Shown piece after piece: positions 49,145 through 61,330 of a DNA stretch of 64,000 bases. The DNA is taken from assembly GCF_902713615.1 (NCBI RefSeq), contig NC_052161.1:26549908-26613907 (forward strand). Direction: 5' to 3'. Within the stretch, counting starts at the first letter, position 1. Every line of letters starts with the position of its first letter. Both the position numbers and the translations under genes were made by a program. Origin of the DNA: Scyliorhinus canicula. Taxonomy: Eukaryota. A model generated the notes under the pieces. The model searched no databases. It was not told the origin of the DNA and worked only from the letters and a program-made list of their open reading frames with translations.

Positions 49145-50681
49145 ACATAAAGCATCTAAAAAATAGCTGCTATCATGGAGGTTCCACAACCAATGAATGC
49201 CACTCAACTTAAGCCATTCCTAGGGTTAATCATCTACTATGGAAAATTCATCCAGAATCTGGCAATCCTGTTGAAGCCGTTACACTTCTTGTTGTGTGCA
49301 AAACAGACATGTCAATGGACATCTGAATGCGAAAAAGTTCATCAATCAGCAAAGCTTTTGCGATTCGTATGCTAACAAGCACAGAATCTAATTATGCTCA
49401 GTTGGAGAAGGAGGCAATGAATATTATATCTGGTGTACGTATATTTCACCAATGCCTGTAATGTTGTCCCATCACATTGCTGACCGACCGCAGGCCCCTA
49501 ACAGCTATTTTTAGGCCGCACAAAGGTATCCCTTTGTTGTCCGCAAGTACACCCCAACGATGGTCTTTAATACGATCTGCACATTCCTACAAGACCAAAT
49601 ACCGTCAGCCTGAGAATCATGCCAATGCATTATCATGTCTGCCATTACCAGCTAGTCACATACTTTCTAGTCATGATAAATATTTTTTATTGTGCACAGA
49701 GTGACAATGTCCCAGTGAGTGCAGCTCAAGTCCAAAGACATACCAGAATGATCCTGTGAAGGGGAAAGGGGAGGATAGCATGAAAACTTCCTGAATTAAA
49801 ACTACATTTTCAGGAGACTCAAATTGGCAGCACAGGGTGGATGCCTGTTATGGGAGATGAGAGTAATTATTCCTCCAAATTTGCAAGAGAGTATTGGAAT
49901 AGTTATGTGAAAGGCGCCCAGGGATAGTCCAAATACAGGAACTAGCACAAAGCTACTTTTGGTGGCCAGGAATTAATGTCCAGAAGAAGAAAAATCAGGA
50001 CTGTGCCAGTCATATGCGCGGGTAAGGAACGGACTGCCATTGTCTCCATTGTATCCTTGGGAGTGGCCAGAAATGCTGTGGCAACCTTTGCATGATAAAC
50101 TTACTGGTTCATTCAAGGGGCACATGTTCATGATTTTTGTAGTGGCCTGAGGGTGTCTTAATCAAGTCAACCAGTGGGGAAGATACTATTGATAAACTCA
50201 ACAAGATTTTTGCGAGATTTAGAAAACCAGAGCAGATGGTGAGCGACAGTGGGCCACCGGTTACAGCCCAAGAAATCGAAGACTACTTAAAGGTGTGTGG
50301 AGTTCAAGATATAAAGTCAGCACTTTACCACCCATCCATGAGCGGTTCAGCCGAAAGGTTTGTCCAGTCCTTGAAACATGCTCTGAAAGTTTCTAAGGAC
50401 CAAAGTTCACTCCAGCTTTATATGAACAAGTTTTAGCAAAATACCGGAATGCAACACGTATGGCCACATAAAGCAAAGTTGAGAACTACCCTTAATTTAC
50501 TCTTGTCAGAGGAGACATCTGACATAGTAGAGTGAAACGCATAGTCACAGATCTTGAGATGAGAAAGTAACTCCAGGAAATGCTCATTTCAACAAGGAGA
50601 ACAAGTGTTAGCACGCAGCTCCACCATGAGTGAGAGGTGGGTCCCTGCAACGATATTGGCTCAGACGGATTCATCTTCTAC

Positions 50682-52027
50682 GCTACTGTTTTTCATAGTG
50701 GGGGTCGAACCTGCGGGTGGGTCATGGGATAATGTAAAATGGGCCTCCAAAAGGTTGTCAAAAATGATCCCCAAAGATTGCCTGACATTTTTTCCCCGTT
50801 TTCTCTCCGGGTAAATTCGCATTGCAGTTCTGGGTAAATTTGCAATGCAGTACAGTGTACGATCACGTGAGGCGATGTAGAGATTGGTGTCGTGGTCTTT
50901 CTTGCCTCCTTGGGTTACTGTTACAGTCACTGCCACTGACCGTTTCCAGTTGCGACTCCTGTTTCTGCAGCAGCTGATCGGCCGGTTTAGTCAGCACTTG
51001 CAACAACAACTGAAGAGTTTAAAAGAAAAAACAATTCTCTTTGAACTTCTTTTCTGAATATACTCCTTCTGAATATACTCCTTCTGCACAAATTTAGTTT
51101 CCAGTGCTTTTCATGCTCTTTTGTTTGCCAGGCCTCCATCTCCAACCCAATACCAAATTACTCTTTACTGTGATATGTTCCCACAAGTAGCCCTGTTAGC
51201 AATTCGTTGGAGGAGGGCCCCCATCCTGTGGGGATCTCCCGCCTTTCAATTGGTCCATTGTTACAAAGCTGATTCATGTTTTCCCCATCCTGAACTCGGC
51301 TCTGGGCGACGGGTGAGGATTTGGGAACTCGATCCATCCCAGTCAGGGGGAAAATGCATCTGTTCAAGTACAGGTCATACGAAGCACGGGGTCAATGATC
51401 ACACAAAGAGACCAACATTCTGAATCGGATGAATCTTTAAGGTTTCCAACTGTTAACATTGTCAATGAACCTTGAATTTCTGTTACTATTAACATTGTCA
51501 GTGTTGGTTGAATTTCTGCTACAGTTAATCTTGTTGATGTCTGTTAAATTTCTGTTACTCTTAACCTTGTCAATCAGATCTATGTTTAAAGCCATGCTGT
51601 GTGTGTATAAGGAGTTTGATCTATATTTAAAATGGGGAGCTGCTCTCCGCTCACTTTCTGAGATCAGTTGCTCTCTTACTGAGACTGACTTTGCGATTGA
51701 TGGTGAGCCTCCTTCCTTCCCCATCAGCCCAAAATCCAGGCACCTTTCCAAGAATTCCCTCATTCCCTCTTCAGACACGAGTTTGCGATCAAAAGTCCTG
51801 CACACCGATCTGTTCAGAGATTTTTATTATAAGTTATTAAGGTCTCCAAAGAACAACAAAAAATAGAAAATGTATTTTTATTTAATAACACCCAGAAGTG
51901 CCGACAATTAATGTGGCATTTTAAAAAGTAACAGTGGAGAATCTATTGTGAACGTGGTGGCATTGCGTCAAGAGAGTGGGTCAGTTTGTCAAAGTGGGTT
52001 GCCAGAAAAACGTTTGAAAAAGCACCG
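50682..52027 (-). mobile_element. hAT-Charlie deletion derivative inserted in Gypsy B
   Basis: Degenerate 8-bp TSD TCTTCTAC/TCTTACAC; end TTTGAAAAAGCACCG; GGGTC subterminal motifs; decayed Charlie-like N-terminus (MDR.., Y..E.LVLG, AN..SMK..ETK) on the minus strand; Gypsy frame rejoins as AQT..SYTVQ. Confidence 0.7.
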
Positions 52028-52089
52028 TCTTACACAGTCCAAATGACAGATGAACTCGTGTGGAGATGCCACACAGATCAATTATTTAT

Positions 52090-52400
52090 GGGTGGCACGG
52101 TAGCACAGTGGTTAGCACTGTTGTTTCACAGCGTCAGGGTCCCAGGTTCGATTCCCGGCTTGGGTCACTGTCTGTGTGGAGTCTGCACGTTCTCCCCGTG
52201 TCTGCGTGGGTTTTCTCTGGGTGCTCCGGTTTCCTCCCACAAGTCCCGAAAGACGTGCTGTTAGGTGAATTGGACATTCTGAATTCTCCCTCTGTGTACC
52301 CGAACAGGCGCTGATATGTGGCGACTAGGGGCTTTTCCCAGGAACTTCATTGCAGTGTTAATGTAAGCCTACTTGTGACTAGAAAGATTATTATTATTAT
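52090..52400 (+). mobile_element. V-SINE variant with the alternative (ATT)n tail, inside Gypsy B
   Basis: Same structure as 15012-15309. Confidence 0.87.
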
Positions 52401-53696
52401 TGCCAACACGTGTTAGTGTGCGAGTGCCAGAACTACCTCAAGAGGTAATGGTCTCCATCCTATCTGTGTAACTTCTCGTTCATCTACAGAAGAGATTGCA
52501 CCAAAAATACCTGCTACTACCAGTCTTCCCTCAGAAAATAGAGACTGTAATGGCTGCCAGGGTAAAGATATTGACTGGAGAACCTGACAATACATCTAAA
52601 GTTGAGATAACAAAGCGCTGGAAGCGCGGAGGCAACCAGTGAGAAATAGACGCCCATCTGATCGTCTGTCTTATTGACTGTTATTAAAATGTAATACTTT
52701 GATGCCTGCACTTGTGTATACATGTAAATGACAATGTTAAAATACTCATTATTTGCTGTTTTGGAATTAGAAGTAAAGGAGGAGGGATGTTATGTGGGTT
52801 ACTGTAGTTGTGTGTAATATCTCTTTAAGAACCAAGTCAAGTGGCATGTGTGACATCATCGGGTCCTTCACAGGCTTTAGTCCTTAGTATTGTACCACCT
52901 TTATACAATGAAGATCTATTTAATAAACATTTGTAAATGTTGCATTCAACCTATTTATATCTGCAATCTATTTATTTTGTCCTCTAAGTCTAAAGTACAA
53001 CAGTGACCATGGAACAATCATTAATTGTCAAAAAAGTCCATCTGGTTCACTAAACTCCTTTTGGGGAAGGGAAGGAAATCTGTCATCCTTCCCTGCTCTG
53101 GCCTACATGTGACTCCAGACACAAAGCCATCTGGTTCAACTCTTAACTGCCCTCCAAAATGGCCTCACAAGCCACTCAGTTCAAGGGCAATTAGCGATGG
53201 ACAACAAATGATGGCTTGTGAGAAACACCCACATCCTATGAATGAATTTTAAAAATGGTTTCAGAGTTAGCAGCACGTTACAGGGTGTTTGAGAAGAAAA
53301 GGAGATTGCAGACAGGGTTGTAATTTACAATGACTAAAGCGGTAAGAGTTGTTCTCTTTTCGAGGGTCGACAGATACCAAGGGAGGGAGGACAGAACCTG
53401 AGGTGAGAGAACCATTAACCAGGGAGCCAGAAAGGAAAATTGTGTGGGTGGCAGTTTCATGGGAATTGTGCTGTGGAGTTGGATCACATAGACAAGCTAC
53501 ACCCAGAGGGGGCGTGAGGGGAAATAGTATGCCAAATAAAGAAAGATATGAGGTCAGGACTGTGCAATAAGGAATATTGGCTGGGGTGCGGGTAGGGGAG
53601 GGGAATGGTGGTGACGAGGGAAGCAGGAAAATGGAGAGAGCTGATTGCATCTTCCCCATCTTTGTCACGAAGAATCCATGAGCTCCGGCATGTATA

Positions 53697-53997
53697 ATCA
53701 TAGAATCCCTACAGTCCAGAAGGAGGCCATTCGGCTCATCGAGTCTGCATCGACCCTCTGAAAGAGCAACCTACCTAGGTCTACCCCCACCCTATCCCAC
53801 TAACCCTACCTAACCTTTTGGACACTAAGGGACAATTTACCATGACCGATCCACCCAACCTCTACATCTTTGAACTGTAAGAGGAAACCGGAGCATTCTG
53901 AGGAAACCCACGCAGACACAGGGAGAACGTGCAAACTCCACACAGACAGTCACCCAGGCTGGAATTGAACCCGGGTCCTTGGTGCTGTGAAGTAGCA
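53697..53997 (-). mobile_element. HE1-type V-SINE
   Basis: V-domain and tail. Confidence 0.82.
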
Positions 53998-54318
53998 TGT
54001 GTTGGACATGAGGGTTATAGAGAGAACAAAAATTGTTTTAAGAAGACAGTTTGAAGGATGGAAAACAAGCCAAGGTCATCTTTGCATTGCAGGGTGATCC
54101 TGAAATACTGAGCAGTTCTGGCAATGGAGGGCAGGACCTAATACTGCTACATTAATCCAGGCCGATCTGGCAGTGAATAGTTAAACCAAAGACCTCCAGA
54201 TCCATTGACATCTGCATCCTTAAGAGAGAGGAACTGAAGACCATACTGGGATAATGGTCATCTTTTTGATTGGGACTAGGGTATTAAAGGAAGAAGACAT
54301 GAAGTGGTTAAATAAATT

Positions 54319-54665
54319 TGGGCAGCATGGTAGCATGGTGGTTAGCACAAATGCGTCACAGCTCCAGGGTCCCAGGTTCGATTCCCGGCTGGGTCACTGT
54401 CTGTGCGGAGTCTGCACGTCCTCCCCGTGTGTGCGTGGGTTTCCTCCGGGTGCTCCGGTTTCCTCCCACAGTCCAAAGATGTGCGGGCTAGGTGGATTGG
54501 CCATGCTAAATTGCCCGTGGTGTCCTAAAAAGTAAGGTTAAGGGGGGGGGGGGTTGTTGGGTTATGGGTATAGGGTGTATACGTGGGTTTGAGTAGGGTG
54601 ATCATTGCTCGGCACAACATCGCGGGCCGAAGGTCCTGTTCTGTGCTGTACTGTTCTATGTTCTA
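54319..54665 (+). mobile_element. HE1-type V-SINE (young subfamily, close to 32270 and 4507)
   Basis: Complete head, V-domain and GTTCTAT tail. Confidence 0.9.
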
Positions 54666-55675
54666 GATTGGTAACTGCAGGAGTGCTATGTCGAATGGGG
54701 GTAGGGCTGCAAAGATTAATTTGTGATTGTGGAAGACATGTTGTACATCAGTCTATTGCCAGTGCATTCTACTTCCTTTCTAATGATAACTATATAGCAA
54801 TGACACGAGATAGTCAATCATTAATTATGGATAACTTGGGCGGTATGGTGGCGCAGTGGTTCGCACTGCTGCCTCACGGTGCCGAGGACCCAAGTCATTG
54901 TCCATGTGGAGTTTGCACATTCTCCCAGTGTTTGTGTGGGTCTCACCCCCCACAACCCAAAGATGTGCAGGGTAGATGGATTGGCCACGCTAAATTGCCC
55001 CTTAATTGAAAAAACTTTTTAAAAGTTAAAAAAAAATTATGGATAACTTGGCACAAAAACTGGGAGGAGATAAGAAAAATATTGTTCTGACCTGGAACGT
55101 ATTGCTTGAAAGGGTGATGGAAGCGAATTCAAAGTAGTTTTCCAACGGGATTTGGATAGACACTTGAAAGTGAAGGAAGAATTTCAGGGCTGTGGGGGGA
55201 ATGGCGAGGGTGGGGTGGCTGTGTGATGACTCTTTCAGAGAACTGGGACAGAACACTACTGTGATATGTGACACTGACCTGTTCTTCCCAATTAAAGTGC
55301 TTTCCTAATCTTGTAAATTTGGACCACTGGGCTATTGTCTTCTTCAGCCTTCAAATAGTCTATTTACAGTAGTTTCCATACTTTATATTTCTCCTCAAAA
55401 TTTCAACAACAATAGATGCTTCTTCCGAATTGTCTTTTAAGAAATTGATATCTGAAACTTGGTCGCTCACATCTTAAATGGTGAATTGCTGTCATGTAGC
55501 TCTCTGTATCTGCCAGTCTGAGTCAGGGGTCTACAGGTCAGACCTCTGACTGAGAGAAAGTCACCCACATGATTTACAATCCTTTGATGGTACTTTGCAG
55601 AAACACAAGCAATTGCAGCAGTAGTAGACCACATAGCTCATAACGCCTACTCCGCCCTGCAATATGATCATAGAT

Positions 55676-56120
55676 CAGTGTTCTTCAAACTTTTTTTCTG
55701 GGGACCCATTTTTACCAACTGGTCAACCTTCGGGACCCAACCTGGCCGACATGCGCGACCGACCATTTTCTCTTACCTTGTTTGCTGCTGACAAAAATGG
55801 AGGAAATGGTTTTGTAAAACAAAAAGCTGTGACAGTTAAAAAAAAAAAGCGGCCACTGCCCGATCATTGGCGTGACGCACATAGTTTTGCACATGCGCAC
55901 CGATGATCTGGCACACATGCACAGTGCGGCCGCATTCTTTTGACATGTTCGCGGCCCTTTTGAAGGCCGCTTGCAGCCAGCGTTTTTAACAGCTGGCTGC
56001 TGCGGCTGTTGCTCGCAGATTTGCGCGATCTGGAGTGCAGCGACGGACGGCTCCACGACCCTCCCGACACACCGCCCGCGACCCACCCACGTGTCACACC
56101 CCCGTGTTTGACAATGCCTG
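55676..56120 (+). mobile_element. Complete non-autonomous hAT (Charlie-like) element, 445 bp
   Basis: Perfect 8-bp TSD TCATAGAT (55668-55675 and 56121-56128); imperfect TIRs CAGTGTTCTTCAAAC / GTTTGACAATGCCTG. Confidence 0.9.
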
Positions 56121-56342
56121 TCATAGATGATCTTGGGCTTCAATACCAATTTTCCACCACTCCCAATATCCCTTATTAACCCGACTATCCCAATCTGTCT
56201 ATCCCAACCTCTAATGTATTCAATGATGTTGCATCCACCAGGATAGAGAATTCCAAAGATTCACAACCATTTGAGTGAATTAATTTCTCCTCATCCCAAT
56301 CCTAACCGATTGACACCTTATCCTGAGACTATGTCCTGGAAT

Positions 56343-56708
56343 GGGCAGCACGGTAGCATTGTGGATAGCACAATGGCTTCACAGCTCCAGGGTCCCAGGT
56401 TCGATTCCCGGCTTGGGTCACTGTCTGTGCGGAGTTGCACATCCTCCCCGTGTGTGTGTTGGTTTCCTCCGGGTGCTCCGGTTTCCTCCCACAGTCCAAA
56501 GATGTGCAGGTTAGGTGGATTGGCCATGATAAATTGCCCTTAGTGTCCAAAATTGCCCTTAGTGTCCAAAATTGCCCTTAGTGTTGGGTGGGGTTGCTGG
56601 GTTATGGGGATGGGGTGGAGGTGTTAACCTTGGGTAGGGTGCTCTTTCCAGGAGCCGGTGCAGACTCGATGGGCCGAATGGCCTCCTTCTGCACTGTAAA
56701 TTCTATGA
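56343..56708 (+). mobile_element. HE1-type V-SINE with triplicated AAATTGCCCTTAGTGT
   Basis: Direct inspection. Confidence 0.9.
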
Positions 56709-57652
56709 TAAATTTAGATGCCCAAGAAACAATCTCTGCACTTCTACGAAAAACAATTGAATCTTTAAGAACAATATTAGGGTGGCTGCCATTCCCCATG
56801 TTGCCATGATCTAATCTTTATCTTTAAATTCTCATCCAGCAAATTCTACTGAAACACAAACATCAATGTTACAGAATGGGGAAATCCGTGTTGACTCGAA
56901 TTATCATACAGTCTGGCTGAGCAGGCATCTTGTCAAGTTCCTAATTATTCCCTCCTGCTAAAACAGCAATGTTACTCTATGTAAATATAAAAATAGATGG
57001 AAGGCAATGAAATGTAAGGCAGTAACTTCCCAAGGAGTTTGGATGACACCGGACAATGAAATCAAAGTCAGCTGAGTGCCACAATTAGATCATAGCCTTT
57101 AAATGACCATCTGCTAACCCTTATTAAAAATAATATTGCATATATACTGGAGATTTTATTCAACTGATTTGGGATTCTTAACATTTTTATTCATGATTTC
57201 TTTGAGCTTGTGTGGTAAATTGACTGGTGAAAGTTGTGTGATGTAGCAGACATAAAAAAGTATGTGACTTCTAAAATCATTACAGTTAGTTCTTGGAGAA
57301 ATCATTTAAGGTTGATCTGTGTGCAGCATGAGATTATTATAGACATGTGGGTAAGAAAAGTGACCCCCCAGGTCTGATGACATCATACACTATGAAAGTG
57401 AAGCTTAAATGGATTGTAGCTGTCATTTGAATTTCAAAGTTAAATAACAACTTTATTAATCACTTAGGAACATATAGAAACATGATTAGTTAATTTAGCC
57501 CATTGAGCTGATTTAATCATTTAGCAAGTTTATAGATAATGAGTAAGCTCACTCCATATACCCATGTTTGCCCCTTTCCCTTAATACCTATGGTTAACAA
57601 TTTTCTATCTCAGATTTAAATTAACAACTGATCGATTATCAATTGCCATTTC

Positions 57653-57955
57653 GTAGAATCATAGAATCCCTACAGTGCAGAAGGAGGCCATTCAGCCCTT
57701 TGAGTCTGCTCTGACCCTTTGAACGACCACACTACACTTGTCCTTTTCAGGCAATCCCACCCTAAGGGACAGTTTAACATGGCAAATCCACCGAACCTGC
57801 GCATCTTTGGACTGTGGGAGGAAAGCTGAGCACCCGGAGGAAACCCACGCAGGCACGGGGAGAACGTACAAACTCCACACAGTTACCTGAGGTCGGAATC
57901 AAACCCGGGTCCCTGGCGTTATGATGCAGCAGTGCTAACCACTGTGCCACCGTGC
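57653..57955 (-). mobile_element. HE1-type V-SINE
   Basis: Head, V-domain and tail. Confidence 0.82.
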
Positions 57956-58640
57956 AGAAGAGTGTTGTAAACTAAGGTCACCCTTAGTGCCGAAGTGTTC
58001 CCTGATTTCGACCCTGAAAAGTCTGACTCTCATTTTTTTAATAATACACCCAAGTCCTGTCCTCCACATCCAACGAAATAGTGTCAACCTATTTACTCTA
58101 TTTGTTCCCCTTAATATCTTGAAACCTTTGTTCAAATTGCCCTTTGTGCCGAAATTCCAAAGAATAGTTTGTATAATTTAACCCTTGTGGTAAATTGGCA
58201 ATAGATGTTTTCTAAGGTGGATTGCCCAGAACAACTGACAGCACTCCATATGTGATCTAATCAGGGCCTTGTATAGATGCAGCAGTGATTCTACCCCCTT
58301 GTATTCTAGTCCAGTGGATTTAAAGGCCAACACTTCATTATATTTTAATGATCTATTTACCTAGATTCCTATTTCTCTATGAGCCTCCATTATTTTTAAC
58401 TTTTCACCATCTGCAAAGTGCACCGTTCTCCCATTTTTAGGTCAAAAGTGAACAACCCCATATTTACCTACATTGAATTCCATTTGCCACAGTTTTCCCC
58501 ATTCACTTAACTATCGATATCTTTTTAGAATTCTTACACTTCAATCTACATTGTATACAAGAATATCATAGATCTATGATCTAAGATCTATGATCTAAGA
58601 TCTAAGAATGCCTATCTCTGTGCCTTTGGCAGCTTTCCAA

Positions 58641-59473
58641 GGCCTGAATTTTCTCGAGAGTTGGTGGGGAATGTATCCCTGCTGACTCTGACAGGCAAAC
58701 TCAGATTTTTCGGTCAAATGAGTGTTGATTGGCAGCAGGAGGGACTTCCAGCCGCTTTTGGAAGCAAATCCAGCTATGGAATTGGATTGGCTTCCCGACA
58801 GCTCTCCTGTCCCTCCAGAGCTGCGATAGCCGGAAGAGAGTAAATGTCGGGAGCCCATGTGAAGGAACGCTGGGAGGGTAGGAGATGCCCTGAGGGGTTG
58901 AGTGGGGTGGGGGCGGGGGCGGGGGCGGGGCAGGGGGGGGGTGGGTAATCGAGCGATCAGCCGGGGGAAGCAAGGATGAAGGTCCAGATGTGCCCAGTCC
59001 ATGAGGGGATGTTTAGCACAGTGGGCTAAACAGCTAGCTTGTAATGCAGAACAATGCGAGTAGCGTGGGTTCAATTCCAGTAGCGGCCTCCCCGAACAGG
59101 CGCCGGAATGTGGCGACTAGTGGCTTTTCACAGTAACTTCATTGAAGCCTACTCGTGACAATAAGTGATTATTATTATTATGGGAGGACGCCCCCATTTA
59201 TAAAGATGCTTCCGATGGAGGCAACCACCCTCTTCTCACCGCCCCCCTACCCCCTACCCCCCCCCCCCCCCCCCACCCCCCCCCCCCCGCTTTCTGCCTG
59301 GGATCGAATTTTGAAAGATTTTCTGTTTCCCACACTGAGACGTCTGGTGCTCACCAGCCTGTAGGTGAAGACTGGTTGGGAAAAGGCCCTTCAGTGGCCA
59401 TTAGGTGGCCTCAAAATCTGCGGGGCAGGGTTGGGGTTATGGGTGGGAGAGTGAAAAACCTAAAATTCAGGCC
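58641..59473. mobile_element. Harbinger-type MITE containing a short tRNA-headed SINE (59004-59180)
   Basis: TIRs GGCCTGAATTTT...AAAATTCAGGCC; the inner SINE has B-box GGTTCAATTCC and the shared (ATT)n tail. Confidence 0.7.
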
Positions 59474-59839
59474 TAGGATATTAACAAATACTGATTACAG
59501 AAGGGTGAACCGCACTAATGTGGCAGAAGATATTGAACAGGTCAATTAGTTAACCAATTAGTAGTGATGAAATTACTGCAGAATATAAATGAAACACTTT
59601 TAAGAACGCAATAAAACATGGGGAAGACACGTCCTTTTAAGTTTTAAAAATATCAAGAGGCCATCGAGTTGATGGCGACAGTTTTATTCCTTATTCATCT
59701 CTTTGCTTTGTCTGATACCTTGGTGCTGGTGGTCACAATCGGCTGATTATTCATAATAACACAAGAGTGATTATTTGTAAGTTTATGACACTACCCATCT
59801 GATAATTAAGAGGGCGATATTAAAAGGAATTGATTTGCT

Positions 59840-60097
59840 GTAGAATCATAGAATCCCTACAGTGCAGAAAGAGGCCATTCAACACACTCTGCCCTATACC
59901 CGTAACAGAACCATCCCCGTGGCAATTTAGCATGGGCAATCGACCTAACCTGCACATCTCTGGACTGTGGGAGGAAATCAGAGCACCCGGAGGACATTGG
60001 AGAAAGTGCAAACTCCACACAGATCGTCAGCCAAGGCCGGAATTGAACCCGGGTACCTGGCTCTGTGAGGCAGCAGTGCCAGCCAACGTGCCGCCCT
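59840..60097 (-). mobile_element. Degenerate HE1-type V-SINE
   Basis: V-domain remnants and ATAGAATC tail. Confidence 0.75.
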
Positions 60098-60439
60098 ATA
60101 CATACTCATTTTATTATAAGAACAAACAACAGCAGTTTTGAGTCACCAAGCAATGAGAAAAAAATATTTTGTGACATTAAAATCCCACACAAGTTGAACT
60201 TGTGCTTCAGAAATGAAGCTCTTATGTACAAACTTGATGTGATGTTGTCAGCTCCCCTTTACCTCATGGCTGACATCAGGATGTATTTAGCAGGATACTG
60301 CTGCCTCCTATTTTGGGACATGGAGACATTTCGTGAGGCACCAGTCAGTCACCCTCCAAAGTTAAACTTGGTGCAATTGGCAGAGCAGGCAGCACTGTGA
60401 GTGACAGCTCGGTTAACCACACCCCTAGTCGAGCTCAGC

Positions 60440-60638
60440 TCCCAGCGGCTTGAACCAATGGTAGGCAGCGGAGGGCGGAGCTTTGCCTGAAGCTGTGAAA
60501 TGAAGCGGCTGACTGCTTGTGGCAGGTTCTAGTCCAGGAGAGGGTAGTAGCCAGGCTAGGGAGGAACGAGGAGTTACAGCCCAGGAAACATTTAAATAAA
60601 AAAAGACAATCTATTTTTTAACACACACAAAACTAAAA
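60440..60638 (+). promoter_or_regulatory. Putative NRAP proximal promoter and 5' UTR
   Basis: CCAAT at about 60455 and GC box GGGCGG at about 60473, directly upstream of the ATG. Confidence 0.5.
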
Positions 60639-60707
60639 ATGAATATACCGTGTGCTCGTTGTGGATTTGGCGTATATCCCGCTGAGAAAGTAGTTTGCAT
60701 TGACCAG
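60639..60707 (+). CDS. NRAP: Nebulin-related anchoring protein, coding exon 1 (MNIPCARCGFGVYPAEKVVCIDQ)
   Basis: LIM N-terminus matching NRAP (C.RCG.GVYPAEK..CIDQ); donor CAG|gttagt. Confidence 0.93.
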
Positions 60708-60827
60708 GTTAGTAACGCAGACACTTTATTGAAATGCCAGATCTTTAAACTAATTTTTTGGACTGACGATGTAACAATCAATTTAATAATTAAACAGCTA
60801 ATAATGTGTTTGTTTTGCTATCCATAG

Positions 60828-60922
60828 ACATGGCACAAATCGTGTTTCCACTGTGAGGTCTGCAAAATGATCTTAACTGTCAACAACTTTATCAGTCACC
60901 AGAAGAAACCTTTTTGCCATGC
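60828..60922 (+). CDS. NRAP: NRAP coding exon 2 (TWHKSCFHCEVCKMILTVNNFISHQKKPFCHA)
   Basis: Acceptor ccatag, donor GC|gtaagt; completes the LIM zinc ligands. Confidence 0.95.
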
Positions 60923-61245
60923 GTAAGTCGTTTAAACATTAATAACAACTTTGTTGGACTATTCCCATTAAAGGGCTTTTACATCTCGATTGATATTAAT
61001 ACACCTTAAATCGAGACAAATCTGGCAATTAAACACGTTATGTTATTGGATATCAATTCTGTTTTGCTGTGTGCACTAGAAGTACCATTGGCTTTCCAAT
61101 TTTAGATCCACAGATTTATACCATTGAAATTATTTGTAGTGAAGAGAGATTGAAGAATTTTGCGTATAACCCGGGTGGGATTGAGAGACTATCTGATCGA
61201 TTATCTTGGTGCAAATTGGTGGCAATGTTTTATTTTAATTCGCAG

Positions 61246-61330
61246 GCACAACCCCAAAGTTAACAAATTCACCAGTATACTCGATACACCCCTGAATCTG
61301 AACGTGAAGAAACAAAGCCAGTCCAGTGAG
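61246..61330 (+). CDS. NRAP: NRAP coding exon 3 (HNPKVNKFTSILDTPLNLNVKKQSQSSE)
   Basis: Acceptor cgcag (phase 2), donor GAG|gtgggt; HNPK..FTS...TPLNLNV is an NRAP signature. Confidence 0.93.

Larger units (their letters stand above)
49145..52950 (+). mobile_element. Degenerate Gypsy retrotransposon B (RT end, RNase H, integrase, PPT, start of 3' LTR)
   Basis: [23 protein letters not shown]; NYAQLEKEA; LTDRRPL; VSDSGP..YHPSMSGSAERFVQ; PPT AAAGGAGGAGGGA at 52775-52787 then TG at 52788. Confidence 0.85.

Noticed and set aside
60611-60621. MEF2 site before the NRAP ATG
   Set aside because: CTATTTTTTAA has five central A/T bases rather than four and lies in the probable 5' UTR
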